Assembly: GCA_965248575.1 (NCBI GenBank)
Contig: CBDFJQ010000002.1
Span: forward strand, 4,000,001 to 4,064,000
DNA length: 64,000 bases
Source: Planctomycetota bacterium
GTDB lineage: Bacteria > Planctomycetota > B15-G4
Direction: 5' to 3'
Positions 1-10,057 of this stretch are shown here, one piece after another; the first letter of the stretch is position 1, and the number at the start of each line of letters is the position of its first letter. The position numbers and the translations under genes were made by a program. The notes under the pieces are model-generated. The model saw nothing but the letters and a program-made list of their open reading frames with translations, made no database searches and was not told where the DNA came from.

Positions 1-30
1 GGGTGCGGGGGCGACGGGTGCGGGGGCGAC
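1..30. repeat. 15-bp tandem repeat (GGGTGCGGGGGCGAC x2) encoding the VAPAP linker on the minus strand
   Basis: Directly visible at 1-15 and 16-30. Confidence 0.8.
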
Positions 31-885
31 GGGAGCCGGAGCGGCAAGCGCCGCCGAAAGCTGAGCCTCAAGGGCCTGTGCTTGGGCGTTCATGCGTCGA
101 TGGGGTTTGAGGGTGTCGAGAGCAGCGCGGGCCGCCAACCAGGCCTCACGCGCTCGAGCGTGGCGTCCCGCTTCCGCCAGAAGATCTCCCGTCTGCTTCA
201 ACCAGTGTTCCTTTCGCGGCGCGATGTTGGTGAGAGTCTCAAGTCGGGCCAAGGCGGCGTCCCAGCGAGCCGCAGCCCGCTCCAGTTCGATGGCGCGCAG
301 CTGCAAGGCGGGCACGGGGCCGAGTTGCAGGATGCCAGCGTCCAGGGTGTCGAGCGCGGCTTCGATCGAGCTGGACGCCTCCGTCATCGAGTCGGTGGGG
401 GCGGCCGTCAGCTGCGCTTTCACCAGTTGCAGATAGTGCTCGGGTGCCGGTTGAGTGTGGAGGGCGAGGCTCCGGGTGCGCAGGGCCAGCTCCTGCCGCG
501 TGTCCCCGAGGCCACGGGCACACTCCGCCAGCAGCGTCAGCGATTCGGCATCCTCTCCGCGTGCTTGGATGTGTCGCTCGAGACTGGCCCGGGCTGCTGG
601 CCACCAACCCACATCCAGCAACAATCGCGCACGTGCCAACTCCAGGTCTTCGTGGTCCGGGTCGGCCTTCCCCGCGTGGATCAGGTCTTCGAAGGCGTGC
701 TCCCAGTGTTCGAGTTGCCGATGCACCTCTGCCCGCTTGAGGAAGAGGTCGGCGCGGGGCCCGCTTTCTTCCAGTTGATTGCCGAGCCGCTCGACGCGCT
801 CATCGAGGCCGTCATGGGCGAGGGCCATGGGCGTCAGCCCCCAGGTACCGAGACTCACGACAAACAAGAGGACACAGCGCTGCAC
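1..885 (-). CDS. Secreted TPR-like helical repeat protein, 3' end truncated by the window edge (not in ORF track)
   Basis: Open frame from GTG at 885 to position 1. It reads MQRCVLLFVVSLGTWGLTPMALA|HDGLDERVERL..., i.e. a signal peptide, then amphipathic helices (LFLKRAEVHRQLEHWEHAFEDL; WLKQTGDLLAEAGRHARAREAW) and an APAPVAPAPVAPAP tail. Confidence 0.75.
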   Translation of the reverse strand, partial: MQRCVLLFVVSLGTWGLTPMALAHDGLDERVERLGNQLEESGPRADLFLKRAEVHRQLEHWEHAFEDLIHAGKADPDHEDLELARARLLLDVGWWPAARASLERHIQARGEDAESLTLLAECARGLGDTRQELALRTRSLALHTQPAPEHYLQLVKAQLTAAPTDSMTEASSSIEAALDTLDAGILQLGPVPALQLRAIELERAAARWDAALARLETLTNIAPRKEHWLKQTGDLLAEAGRHARAREAWLAARAALDTLKPHRRMNAQAQALEAQLSAALAAPAPVAPAPVAPAP

Positions 886-1021
886 GGTGGATCGCCTGTC
901 AGGTAGGGGAGAGAAGGGAACGGGAGGGGGCGACGGACAGCGATCCTAACGGGGATCGCGCTGGCCGCCCAGCCGAGCCCTGGGTGCCCAGAGCCTGATC
1001 GGGGAGTGGTACCTTCCACAG

Positions 1022-1393
1022 ATGACAGCGAGCCACACTCCTGAAGGACGCGTCTATGAGTCCGTACGCGAGATCCTCCTGGCGCTGCCCGGGGTGGAAG
1101 AGGGGACCTGCTACGGCACGGCAGCTTTTCGCGTCCGGAAGAAGCTGCTGACCCGGCTCTGGGAAGACGCTGAGACCCTGGTGGTCCGTGTGGATGAGCA
1201 GCATCGGGTCGCGCTCTTGAAGGCAGACCCGGAGACGTTCTTCATCACGGAACACTACGCCGGCACGCCGAGTCTCTTGGTGCGCCTCAAGCAGGTCGAA
1301 CGGCAGGCGCTACAGGACGTTCTGCTTCACTCCTGGCGCCGCAGTGCTCCGGTGAAGCTGATTGAAGAGTTCGACCGAGGGAGATCCCCATGA
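1022..1393 (+). CDS. MmcQ/YjbR family protein
   Basis: LALPGVEEGTCYGTAAFRVRKK...DPETFFITEHYAG...LVRL...SWRRSAP pattern. Confidence 0.85.
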   Translation: MTASHTPEGRVYESVREILLALPGVEEGTCYGTAAFRVRKKLLTRLWEDAETLVVRVDEQHRVALLKADPETFFITEHYAGTPSLLVRLKQVERQALQDVLLHSWRRSAPVKLIEEFDRGRSP

Positions 1394-1779
1394 CACGCAG
1401 CGAGCAGCCGCCGATCGAGGTCATCACCGCCTACGTGATGGGCGTTGCGCTGCCCGTGCTGGAGACGGCGAGGCGCGGCGCGGATTTCAGCGATCTGCCG
1501 GCCTATGTGGACGACTTCCTCGTGGGCGCCCTGCTGCTGGTGGCGGCTCGGGCCGCCCATGCCAAGCGGCCCCACGGGTTGGCCTTGCTGGCCGCCGCGT
1601 GGGGTGTGCTCTGCGGGGGGATCTACTACAGCGTGTTCGGACAGCTGGCCAGCACGACCGCCTATGACATCTCAGGCTTGCCGCATGGGGCCGTCATCGG
1701 CATGAAGCTCGCCATGGCCTCTCTCGCGCTGAACGGCCTGGTGCTCAGCGTGCGGCGTGCCGGGCGGGAGGCAACATGA
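1390..1779 (+). CDS. Small integral membrane protein (about 4 TM)
   Basis: Hydrophobic helices; ATGA overlaps with both neighbours. Confidence 0.7.
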   Translation: MTRSEQPPIEVITAYVMGVALPVLETARRGADFSDLPAYVDDFLVGALLLVAARAAHAKRPHGLALLAAAWGVLCGGIYYSVFGQLASTTAYDISGLPHGAVIGMKLAMASLALNGLVLSVRRAGREAT

Positions 1780-2156
1780 GCGCCCAGGATGATGTCATCC
1801 CCCTGACGCAACGCGCGGCGGCCCTGACGGAGCGTTGGTCTCCTTCTATCGTGGGCCGTGTGAACGACCAGTACATCAAGGTCGCGAAGATCATGGGGGA
1901 CCTGGCGTGGCACAAACACGACGCTGAGGATGAGATGTTCCTCGTGCTCAAGGGGCAGCTGCGGATCGAGTACGAGGACAGGGTCGTGGAGCTGGCCGCG
2001 GGCGATTGCCACGTGGTGCCACGCGGCGTGATGCACAACCCCGTGTGTGATCAGGAGTGTCTGGTGGTGCTCGTCGAGACGGTTACGACGCAACACACCG
2101 GCGACCTGATCCTGGAAAAGACCAGGTCCATCGACGAGCAGCTGGGCCGGGGCTAG
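1776..2156 (+). CDS. Cupin domain protein
   Basis: WHKHDAEDEMFLVLKG...VVPRGVMHNP cupin motifs. Confidence 0.9.
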   Translation: MSAQDDVIPLTQRAAALTERWSPSIVGRVNDQYIKVAKIMGDLAWHKHDAEDEMFLVLKGQLRIEYEDRVVELAAGDCHVVPRGVMHNPVCDQECLVVLVETVTTQHTGDLILEKTRSIDEQLGRG

Positions 2157-5100
2157 TGCGAGTCCTCGGAGCTGACCTGGACGTCGATCAGGTCGACGTC
2201 CGGCTCCGGCATGGGCTCTTCGTCCATCGGCCGGAAGACCAGCACGACGTCCTCATCGCTGTCGGTGATGCGCAGGGTGATCTCCTCCATCTCCGAGCCG
2301 ATGTCGCTGTACAGGGTGAAGGTCCAGGTGCCTGGAGACAGGTCGTTGAAGCCGAACTTGTTGCCGTCGCTCGTGTCCGGGCGCGCTGCGACTTCGGAGC
2401 CGGTGTCGGACTCGGCCGTCAGCCACATCCAATCAGCAGGGCGCTCCACGTCTTCCAACACCACGACTCCAGAGAAGCTGAGGCCGGCCCGCAGGCGCAG
2501 CACCAGGTTGTTGGGGCCGGAGGCACGGGAGACAAAGAAGGGCTCCGAGCTGAGCTTGGCGAAGCCTTCTCCTTCGGCCTGCGCCGAGTAGGTGCCCTCG
2601 GCGACGGGCGTGAATTCGAAGAAGCCGTCGGCGTCCGTGGCGGACATGTGCCGGCGCCTCATCCACATGGTGGCCTTGTCCTGCTTGTCTTCGCTGACCA
2701 GGACCACGGCCGTGCCTGCCAAGGGGCGGCCGTCGACGTCTGACAACACCCGCCCGCGCACCTCTCCCGTGGTGATGGCCAGGTCCACGAACTCGTGGGC
2801 TGCCTCCTCGAGTTCGAGGTTGATCACGTCCACGGCACCTCCACCAGCGAACATGCCCGCATGGCCTTCGGGGCTGAACATGAGCGTCACGTTGCCGGTG
2901 GCCAGCTGGCCCATGTTGAAGCGGCCGCCGGGGCCTGTGCTGACCGATCGACGGATCTCACCCCAGGTGCGCACCTTCCAACCCTCTGCTGGTTGCCCAT
3001 TCACGATCAAGCGACCTTCGACGCTGCCGGTGGCAATGTTCGCCGTCGTGTTGCCCACGATGAGCAGCACTTCGGAGTCCTGGCCAGGCGTGACGTAGGA
3101 CTTGGCCTCCGCCATGGGAGTCATGGCGAAGGGCTCCCACCACGACGTGAGGTTCGCGAGGTCGATGCGCTCCCGGGCCGAAACCTCCACGTCTCCTTCG
3201 GGCACGTTGTAGAAGGTGAAGTTTCCGTCGGGCGCCATCAGGGTCATGCGCGGCATCTGGTCACCCGTGGCCACATCGCCTTCGTGCACCAGCGTGATCA
3301 TCAGCAGCTCGGTGGGAGGCTCGCCGTTGTCCACGACCCTGCCCATGAGCGTGCCGCCGCCCGCCAGGACCAGCTCCACAGGAGCCTCGGCCGGTACCTC
3401 GGCGACTTCCTTTGCGATGGCGAAGCCGGGGAACTCAGCCTCGACTCGGTACGCGCCATCGATGATGTCCTCGAAGGTGGCGTACCCGTCCTCGTCCGTG
3501 CGCTGGCTCGAGATGGGGCGGTCGTTGCTCTCCTGCTCGAAGACGTAGACGAGCGCGTGTTCCAACGGGTCGATGTCCTCGGCCTCTGCCAACACGCGCA
3601 CCCGGAGTTGCTTGCCGGTCTGCAAGGTCATGCTGCGCTCGGCGTCCTCCCAGTCCAGCTGGACGACCTCTCGCAACATGCCGTAACCGGGGGCGTAGAC
3701 GATCAGGTCCCACATGCCCGGCGCCAGCCCCTCGAAGACGTATCGCTCAAACTCATCCTTGGTGACGAGGCGATCCAGGGAGCTGGGCGGGAACATGAAG
3801 TCCGGCATGTCCTCGGCATCGTCATCGGGAAGGTTCCGTCCCAGGAAACGCGCCCCGGCCACCTTCTCGCCGCTCTCGTTGAGCAAGGTGAGCGTCAGAG
3901 TGCGTTTAGCAGGTAGCACGACCTTGGCGGGTACATTTCCCGGGGTGGCCGTGTTGCTGGGGACGAAGCTGTCGCCGCTCTCTTCGCGTGCCACGGCGTG
4001 GGCGGTGCGAGGTGCCAGCCCCGAGATGGCGAAGCGGCCTTCGGCGTCGGCAGTGACCGGCGGGCGCAGGATGGTGACGGGGCCCATGGCCATGGTGTTG
4101 CCAGCCATGACCTCGGCGCCAGGGACGGGCTTGTCGTCCGCCGTGACCACTTGCCCCTCGAGGGTGAACCCGTCAGGCATGGTCATGTCGCCCATGTCCC
4201 GGGTCGTGCCGGGAGAGCCGCTGGGGCTGGCGGCTGTCACCACCGTCAGGTGCACGTTGTCGTCAAGGATCAGCGTGATCAGGCCCTGGGGCACACCGGG
4301 TAACTCGAACAGGCCCTTTGAATCGGTGTGTGTGGTGGGCACCGGCAACATCTTCTCCAGGCGCGCCATGGAGGCAGGGGGCGAGTAGGTGAACATCCCG
4401 ATGTCCGCGTCGCCCGTGTCCACCAGCACGCCGCCGCCCATGCGGAAGTCCGCGACCCCCGAGGCCACGGCGATGCTCGGCAAGTTGGTGGCGCGGACGC
4501 GCACACCGGGCATCGGTTCCTGGTTCTCGTCGATCACCCGACCGATGTAGTTCACACCCGCGAGCAGCACGATGTCGCCCAGATCCCGCTCGTCGCCGGA
4601 CACCGGGCTCTCTTCCATGACGTGCATGGCGGAACGCGGGCCGCCCGGGTCGAGCACCAAGACCCCCAGCACGCGGGTCGGGATTCCAGGCATTCGGAAG
4701 CGGCCGTCTTCACCCGTGATGTCCGAGCCGAGGATCGGATCGAAGGAGATGGGGGCGCCGAAGTCCCCGCCGCGTGCCGAACTGATGGCGGCGTCCATTG
4801 CCAGCGGCAGGGTGCTCAACCCACCTGCGACGAGCGACACCCGGAAGTCGGGGACAGGCGTGCCATCCATTTCCACGATGCGTCCCGTCAGCCCACCCAA
4901 GGCCTTGGCGTAGCGTTCCGGCAGGACGTTCTCGGTGGCCTCCAGCTCGTTGTCCAAGCTGGCGATGCTCAGCGGCTTGGCTTCCACAGGCTGGTCGCGA
5001 CCGGTCGGAAGATCGGGGGCCACGGCCGGAAGTTCTGTCCCGCCCTGAGGGGCGATGACGGAGGTCCTCATGCCCTCGCCGTTGGACGAGCTGTCGTCCT

Positions 5101-5170
5101 CGAGCAGTAGCCAGACGCCTGCGACCACGATCAGGGCCATGCCGGCAAGGATCCACGGAAGTGGTTTCAT
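2153..5170 (-). CDS. Membrane-anchored protein with repeated carboxypeptidase-regulatory-like (transthyretin/Cna-B-type) beta-sandwich domains
   Basis: N-terminal TM anchor; repeated GRVxDxxGxPxxGxxV ... TDxxGxF motifs over 1005 aa. Confidence 0.8.
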   Translation of the reverse strand: MKPLPWILAGMALIVVAGVWLLLEDDSSSNGEGMRTSVIAPQGGTELPAVAPDLPTGRDQPVEAKPLSIASLDNELEATENVLPERYAKALGGLTGRIVEMDGTPVPDFRVSLVAGGLSTLPLAMDAAISSARGGDFGAPISFDPILGSDITGEDGRFRMPGIPTRVLGVLVLDPGGPRSAMHVMEESPVSGDERDLGDIVLLAGVNYIGRVIDENQEPMPGVRVRATNLPSIAVASGVADFRMGGGVLVDTGDADIGMFTYSPPASMARLEKMLPVPTTHTDSKGLFELPGVPQGLITLILDDNVHLTVVTAASPSGSPGTTRDMGDMTMPDGFTLEGQVVTADDKPVPGAEVMAGNTMAMGPVTILRPPVTADAEGRFAISGLAPRTAHAVAREESGDSFVPSNTATPGNVPAKVVLPAKRTLTLTLLNESGEKVAGARFLGRNLPDDDAEDMPDFMFPPSSLDRLVTKDEFERYVFEGLAPGMWDLIVYAPGYGMLREVVQLDWEDAERSMTLQTGKQLRVRVLAEAEDIDPLEHALVYVFEQESNDRPISSQRTDEDGYATFEDIIDGAYRVEAEFPGFAIAKEVAEVPAEAPVELVLAGGGTLMGRVVDNGEPPTELLMITLVHEGDVATGDQMPRMTLMAPDGNFTFYNVPEGDVEVSARERIDLANLTSWWEPFAMTPMAEAKSYVTPGQDSEVLLIVGNTTANIATGSVEGRLIVNGQPAEGWKVRTWGEIRRSVSTGPGGRFNMGQLATGNVTLMFSPEGHAGMFAGGGAVDVINLELEEAAHEFVDLAITTGEVRGRVLSDVDGRPLAGTAVVLVSEDKQDKATMWMRRRHMSATDADGFFEFTPVAEGTYSAQAEGEGFAKLSSEPFFVSRASGPNNLVLRLRAGLSFSGVVVLEDVERPADWMWLTAESDTGSEVAARPDTSDGNKFGFNDLSPGTWTFTLYSDIGSEMEEITLRITDSDEDVVLVFRPMDEEPMPEPDVDLIDVQVSSEDSH

Positions 5171-5383
5171 GGGAGAGCTCCAAGACCCCGATTCAGGTGC
5201 TCAAGCAGAGAGGCCCAGGAGAGGGCCTTGCCCGGAGAGCCACGCCGAAGCTGCCCAACATACCCCACAGCGGCTTTCGTCACGGTGGCGGACTGACGAC
5301 CTGTGCGAGGCGGATTCATCGACCGAAACCAGGCAGGCCACGCGAGGTTCTGTGCGGGGCAGAACACCCCGCTGAGGAAGCGT

Positions 5384-5806
5384 ATGATTCGGCCCGTGAA
5401 GATCTCCTTGCTTGCTTGTCTGCTGATGCTCGCCGCCACGTCCTGTGGCGTCCTCGACCCCCGTTTGCCCGCTGTTCCGCCGCCGCCCAGCTTGTTGCCC
5501 GGCCTCGTGCTGCTCGAGGTGCCCATGGACGATGTGAACGAGTTGGCCCAGCACTCGGTGCGGGAGCGACGCGACGAGCACCTGCCCTACCTGGACCAGA
5601 CCAAGCCCGACCAGGTGCGGCGCATCCTGGCGGGGCAGATCACGGTCGGCATGAACGAACTCGAGGTGGTGCTGACGATGCTGTCCCATCCGACCCGTGT
5701 ACGGAACACGGCCCCCCCAGGCGGCTTCTCCTATCTCTGGGAACCCCACCGCTACTTCGTGCGCTTTGATGCGGCAGGCGGAGCGGTCCAGGCAGGGCGC
5801 TACTAG
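5384..5806 (+). CDS. Putative lipoprotein (SmpA/OmlA-like C-terminal part)
   Basis: ATG at 5384 after GAGGAAG; lipobox-like ATSC; ITVGMNELEV...HP motif. Confidence 0.6.
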   Translation: MIRPVKISLLACLLMLAATSCGVLDPRLPAVPPPPSLLPGLVLLEVPMDDVNELAQHSVRERRDEHLPYLDQTKPDQVRRILAGQITVGMNELEVVLTMLSHPTRVRNTAPPGGFSYLWEPHRYFVRFDAAGGAVQAGRY

Positions 5807-5872
5807 GCGCTGGGGACCCGCGGTCCCCGATCTGGGGCTACTCTGAAGGACGCTCATCTCCCGGAGCCCTTC

Positions 5873-7213
5873 TTGCCGACCTCCTCGATTCGTACCTCGT
5901 CCGTGGCCGCGACGAGTCCCAGGTTGGGCCCTCGGCCGGGGGTCCGGCTCCGTTCTCGGCCGGCAAACCTCTTGCTGCTGCTTGCGCTGGGGTTGTGTAC
6001 CAGCGCCTGCCTGGTGGCCCCACCTCGTTTGCAAGTGGAGTCCGGCCACGGAAGCGTGCGTTCGGATCACACACGACCTGGGCGAACCACCGCAGACTTG
6101 TTGGATGCCCTGGTTCCGGAAGTGCGCCGCCGCCTGCCCGACACCCTGGAGCAGGCTGTGGAAGTCTGGGTGCAGGAGAAGCTGTCGGTCTATCGTGGCT
6201 GGTCGGTGGGCCCGCAGGTCCCGGCCTTCACCGTTGAGGACGAGCGACGCATCCACCTGCTGGAAGGGGATGACGTCCAGCTTGCAGCGGCCCTGAGTCA
6301 TGAGCTGGTGCACGCCATGCTTGGGCCCAGTTGGAAGACCTTGCCGTCCGTGGCTGAGGAAGGCTTGGCCGACTGGATGCAGGAGGAACTCAACCGTCCG
6401 GTGGCGGCTTCGCTCAGGGCGGATCACCTGGCCAAGGCCGGGGCCGCGGTGGGCGGCCTGGAGTTCGGAGTTTGGTCGCGGGAGCGCAGGCGGCGCGGAC
6501 GGCGCCTGGGCACGGCCGTGTTTCCAAAGCTCGTCCAAGACGCGGCTCCGCTGGACCTGGCTGCGTCGTTCGCCCAGGACACGGGCTCCATGTCGGACTT
6601 CTTCCGCCCCTATCAAGTGGCGGTCTCGGACCCTCGGCTGTACGGCGTGGGTTACCTGGTGGTCTCGCGCGTGATTGAAGAACGGGGTGTCGAGGGTCTG
6701 CACAAGCTGTGCGTGGATGCTGCGGCTGAGGGCTTGGACCAGGTGCCGGGAGAACGCTTGCTCAGCGCCGCGCGGCTGACTGGACCGACCGATATCTGGC
6801 GACGGATCATTGTGCGGCGCATCCGCTACGGCGAGCTCATGGCCATCGGGCGCCAGATGGCGCCCCAGCTAGTGCGCCTGATCGTGGAGGACATCGGCCC
6901 CCGATCCCTGTCCGGCTCAGGGCGCGAGTTTCTCCAGCGCAATCGGCCCGTCTTCGGCCTGACCGAGGGTGAGCTGCGCATCGACCTGGACAGCTTGCCC
7001 GGTTTCACCCAACTGCTGCTCCAGGAGTGGCCGGAACCGGTCGAGGCCATTGAGCCGGTGGGCATCGGTTTCCCGGCCGCGCCCGTCATCCCAGGGGCTT
7101 CGTCCTCCATCAAGGGGATGACGGAATCGGGAACGGCTGTATTCTGGGCCGACTCCCCCGATCCTGCATCTGCCCCGCCAGCTCAGTTGGCGGCGCGGCG
7201 GCCTCTCCCGTGA
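5873..7213 (+). CDS. Putative lipoprotein with gluzincin-type metallopeptidase motif
   Basis: Lipobox-like LCTSAC; HELVH followed by EEGLA; start uncertain. Confidence 0.6.
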   Translation: MPTSSIRTSSVAATSPRLGPRPGVRLRSRPANLLLLLALGLCTSACLVAPPRLQVESGHGSVRSDHTRPGRTTADLLDALVPEVRRRLPDTLEQAVEVWVQEKLSVYRGWSVGPQVPAFTVEDERRIHLLEGDDVQLAAALSHELVHAMLGPSWKTLPSVAEEGLADWMQEELNRPVAASLRADHLAKAGAAVGGLEFGVWSRERRRRGRRLGTAVFPKLVQDAAPLDLAASFAQDTGSMSDFFRPYQVAVSDPRLYGVGYLVVSRVIEERGVEGLHKLCVDAAAEGLDQVPGERLLSAARLTGPTDIWRRIIVRRIRYGELMAIGRQMAPQLVRLIVEDIGPRSLSGSGREFLQRNRPVFGLTEGELRIDLDSLPGFTQLLLQEWPEPVEAIEPVGIGFPAAPVIPGASSSIKGMTESGTAVFWADSPDPASAPPAQLAARRPLP

Positions 7214-7223
7214 CGTACAACCG

Positions 7224-9842
7224 ATGCTTCTGACTTGCCTGATGTCCGCCGTGCTTGCGGCGGCTCTCCCTGCCGCTGTGGGTGAAGTTTCTGGCCCGCA
7301 GCCCGTGCGCTTCCTCGAGAACCTGCAACGGGACGCCGTGCATCCAGCCGCTGGCGAAGGCGCAGCGGCTGCCGGATCCCCCGTGCGCTTCACAGCCCGC
7401 AACGGTGCGGTGGAAGCCTTCGTGACCGACCGCTCCTTGGTGCTGCTCCTGTCTCAGGGTGATGAGGCCGTTGCCTTGCACCTGGGCTTTGAGGGAGCGG
7501 ACTCCGGGGCTGCGGTTCGTGGAGAGCACAGCGACGGTGGGATGGTCAACTCCTACCGCGGTGCGACGGCCGACACCTGGGTGGAGGGGGCCTCGAATTT
7601 CACGACCCTCCGTTGGCGCGGCCTCTACGAGGGCGTGGATGTCCGCTTGCTGGAGCGTGACGGTCGTCTGGCCTACGACCTCTTGTTGGAAGCTGGTGCT
7701 GATCTGGAGCAGGTGGTGCTGCAGTGCGATGGTGCCCAGCGGCTGGAGTTGGTCGCCCCCGATCGGCTGCTCGTGCACACCGAGCTGGGCCCCTTGGAGC
7801 AGAGCTTGCCCGCAGCGTGGGAGGTGGACGCAGCGGGCCAAGAGCTCCCGGTCCAGGCGTCCTTCCGACTGCTGGACGACACGCATTTCGGGTTCAGCGT
7901 CGAGGGACGCCACCCGGAGCGGGCGCTGGTCATCGACCCCGGCCTGAACTACGGCACCTATGTGGGCGGCAGCCTCCTGGACAGTCCTTCCGGTGTGGCC
8001 TTCGCCCCCGACGGTGACCTGATCCTGGTGGGCACCACGGGCAGTTCCAATTTCCCCACGAGCCCTGGGGCGCAGCAGGGCATGCGCGCTGGGAACAACG
8101 ACGCCTTTGTGGCGCGCATCGACGCCACGGACGGCAGCTTGGTCTACGCGACCTTCTTCGGTGGGGCCGACACCACCACCTTCGATCCCGAGGGTGCCCG
8201 GGATGTGGCGGTGAGCGCCGACGGTTCCGTCACGGTTGTGGGACGCGCCGACTCAGCGGGTTTCCCCAGGACCGCCAACACGGTCGGGGTCGTGGATCCC
8301 GGCGGTGCCAACGGCTTCGTGGCACGTTTCGACGCCTCCGGGGCCCTGGTCTGGTCGACCCTCGTGGGCGGCTCCAACCAGGATTACGCCACGAGTGTGG
8401 AGGTCGACAGCCAAGGGCGCTCCATCGTCGCGGGCGTCACCTTCTCCAACAACTTTCCCGTCACTGCCGGCGCCTACGACGAGAGCTTCAACTCCATCTT
8501 CTTCACGAACGACCTCTTCGTGGTGAGCTTGTCGGCCGATGCCAGCAGTTTTGAGTACGCCACCTATGTGGGCGGCTCGCTGCGAGATGAGGCTTTGGAT
8601 GTCGCCCTGGACAGCGACGGCTCGGCTGTCGTCGCAGGTCTTACGGGCTCACCGGATTTCCCGAGCACGCCTGGGGCCTATGACGAGAGCTTCAACGGCG
8701 ACATCCCGAGCGAGACGGACGCCTTCGTCCTGCGCATCTCGCCTGGCGGTGCCGTTCTGGAGTGGTGCAGTTTCCTGGGCGGCTTGATGATCGTGGAAGG
8801 CCGCGCCGTGGATCTCGATGACGCGGGCAATGCCGTGCTCACGGGCATGACGGTGGGGGATGACTTCCCTACCACCCCCGGCGCCTTCCAGGACGCCTTT
8901 GGTGGCGGCGGATCCGACGCCTTCCTCTCGAAGCTCTCGGCCGATGGGTCCAGCCTACTCTGGTCCAGCTTCCTTGGAGGCGAAGGGGACGAGCAGGGTA
9001 TGGATGTGGTGTTGACCAACGGTGGCTTGCCCACGGTTGTGGGCAGCACGAACTCACAGGACTTTCCGACGCTCGGCGCGGCGCCTATCCAGACGTCGGG
9101 CGTTCCGGGTGGGTCCACGGGAGTGAGTCCGGGCACGGCCGCAACGAGCGGCGTTCCTGCCCCCAACCCCGTTAGTAGCCCGCCGGCTGCGGGCGGCAGC
9201 GTCACCCCGACTCACGACAACAGCCTCAACGGCGGCGAGGATGCCTTCCTCGTACGCACGACATTCGGGGGCACGACTTTGCTGTACGCGACCCTGCACG
9301 GCGGGAGCGCGGACGATGCGGGCGTGGCCTTGGACGTGAACGGGTTCGGCTCAGCACTCATGGGCGGCGCCAGCACCTCCCTCGATCTGCCGACACCGGG
9401 TGCGAGCTTTGACAGCACCGCCAATGGCGCCGGGGACTCCTTCCTGGCCCGTTGGTCCCTGCCGCCTTTCGAGTACTTGCCGTTGAGCACGGGGGCGCTC
9501 GGCGGCGCGGGGGGACCGACCCTCCGTCCTCATGGCTCCCTGGAGAAGGGACGACCGTTCTCCCTGGTGCTGGATTCAGCGCCGGCGCGGCGGGACGGAT
9601 TCCTGCTCATCTCGCGTACGGCTTCGGACATCCCCCTCGCCGGTGGAACGCTCATGGCCTGGCCCGCCCAAGCCTTGCTCCCGCTACGAACAGATGCCCG
9701 TGGTGCGCTCACCCTGAAACTGGAACGATGGCCTGCGGACCTCCCAAGTGGCGCCCAGCTGGTGCTGCAAGTCTGGCTCGAGCCCGGTGAGCGGGGCGCG
9801 CTGCCGGTCTCGTCGAACGGTTTGGCCCTGCAGGTGCCCTGA
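7224..9842 (+). CDS. Secreted SBBP (seven-bladed beta-propeller) repeat protein with C-terminal accessory module
   Basis: Signal peptide; LVIDP junction; repeats of Y/W-x-T/S-Y/F-xGG...GxTxSxDFPxTxGA...DAFV. Confidence 0.85.
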   Translation: MLLTCLMSAVLAAALPAAVGEVSGPQPVRFLENLQRDAVHPAAGEGAAAAGSPVRFTARNGAVEAFVTDRSLVLLLSQGDEAVALHLGFEGADSGAAVRGEHSDGGMVNSYRGATADTWVEGASNFTTLRWRGLYEGVDVRLLERDGRLAYDLLLEAGADLEQVVLQCDGAQRLELVAPDRLLVHTELGPLEQSLPAAWEVDAAGQELPVQASFRLLDDTHFGFSVEGRHPERALVIDPGLNYGTYVGGSLLDSPSGVAFAPDGDLILVGTTGSSNFPTSPGAQQGMRAGNNDAFVARIDATDGSLVYATFFGGADTTTFDPEGARDVAVSADGSVTVVGRADSAGFPRTANTVGVVDPGGANGFVARFDASGALVWSTLVGGSNQDYATSVEVDSQGRSIVAGVTFSNNFPVTAGAYDESFNSIFFTNDLFVVSLSADASSFEYATYVGGSLRDEALDVALDSDGSAVVAGLTGSPDFPSTPGAYDESFNGDIPSETDAFVLRISPGGAVLEWCSFLGGLMIVEGRAVDLDDAGNAVLTGMTVGDDFPTTPGAFQDAFGGGGSDAFLSKLSADGSSLLWSSFLGGEGDEQGMDVVLTNGGLPTVVGSTNSQDFPTLGAAPIQTSGVPGGSTGVSPGTAATSGVPAPNPVSSPPAAGGSVTPTHDNSLNGGEDAFLVRTTFGGTTLLYATLHGGSADDAGVALDVNGFGSALMGGASTSLDLPTPGASFDSTANGAGDSFLARWSLPPFEYLPLSTGALGGAGGPTLRPHGSLEKGRPFSLVLDSAPARRDGFLLISRTASDIPLAGGTLMAWPAQALLPLRTDARGALTLKLERWPADLPSGAQLVLQVWLEPGERGALPVSSNGLALQVP

Positions 9843-10057
9843 TCGTGGCTCGGCCTGACGGTCGCGCAACAGGGCTCAGGCCTACTTGGGAACATGAAAA
9901 ACGACTGCCTGGACGGGTGTTCAGGCCCCCATGGCTTCGCTAGGATGCGGCGCTTTCCATTTGTCAGAAAAGTCCTTCACCACGGACACATCCCCTCTTC
10001 CGACTGGCGCCCGCTGGGCGCCTCTTCGCGGACACGACGAGCACACGAGCCGATTCC

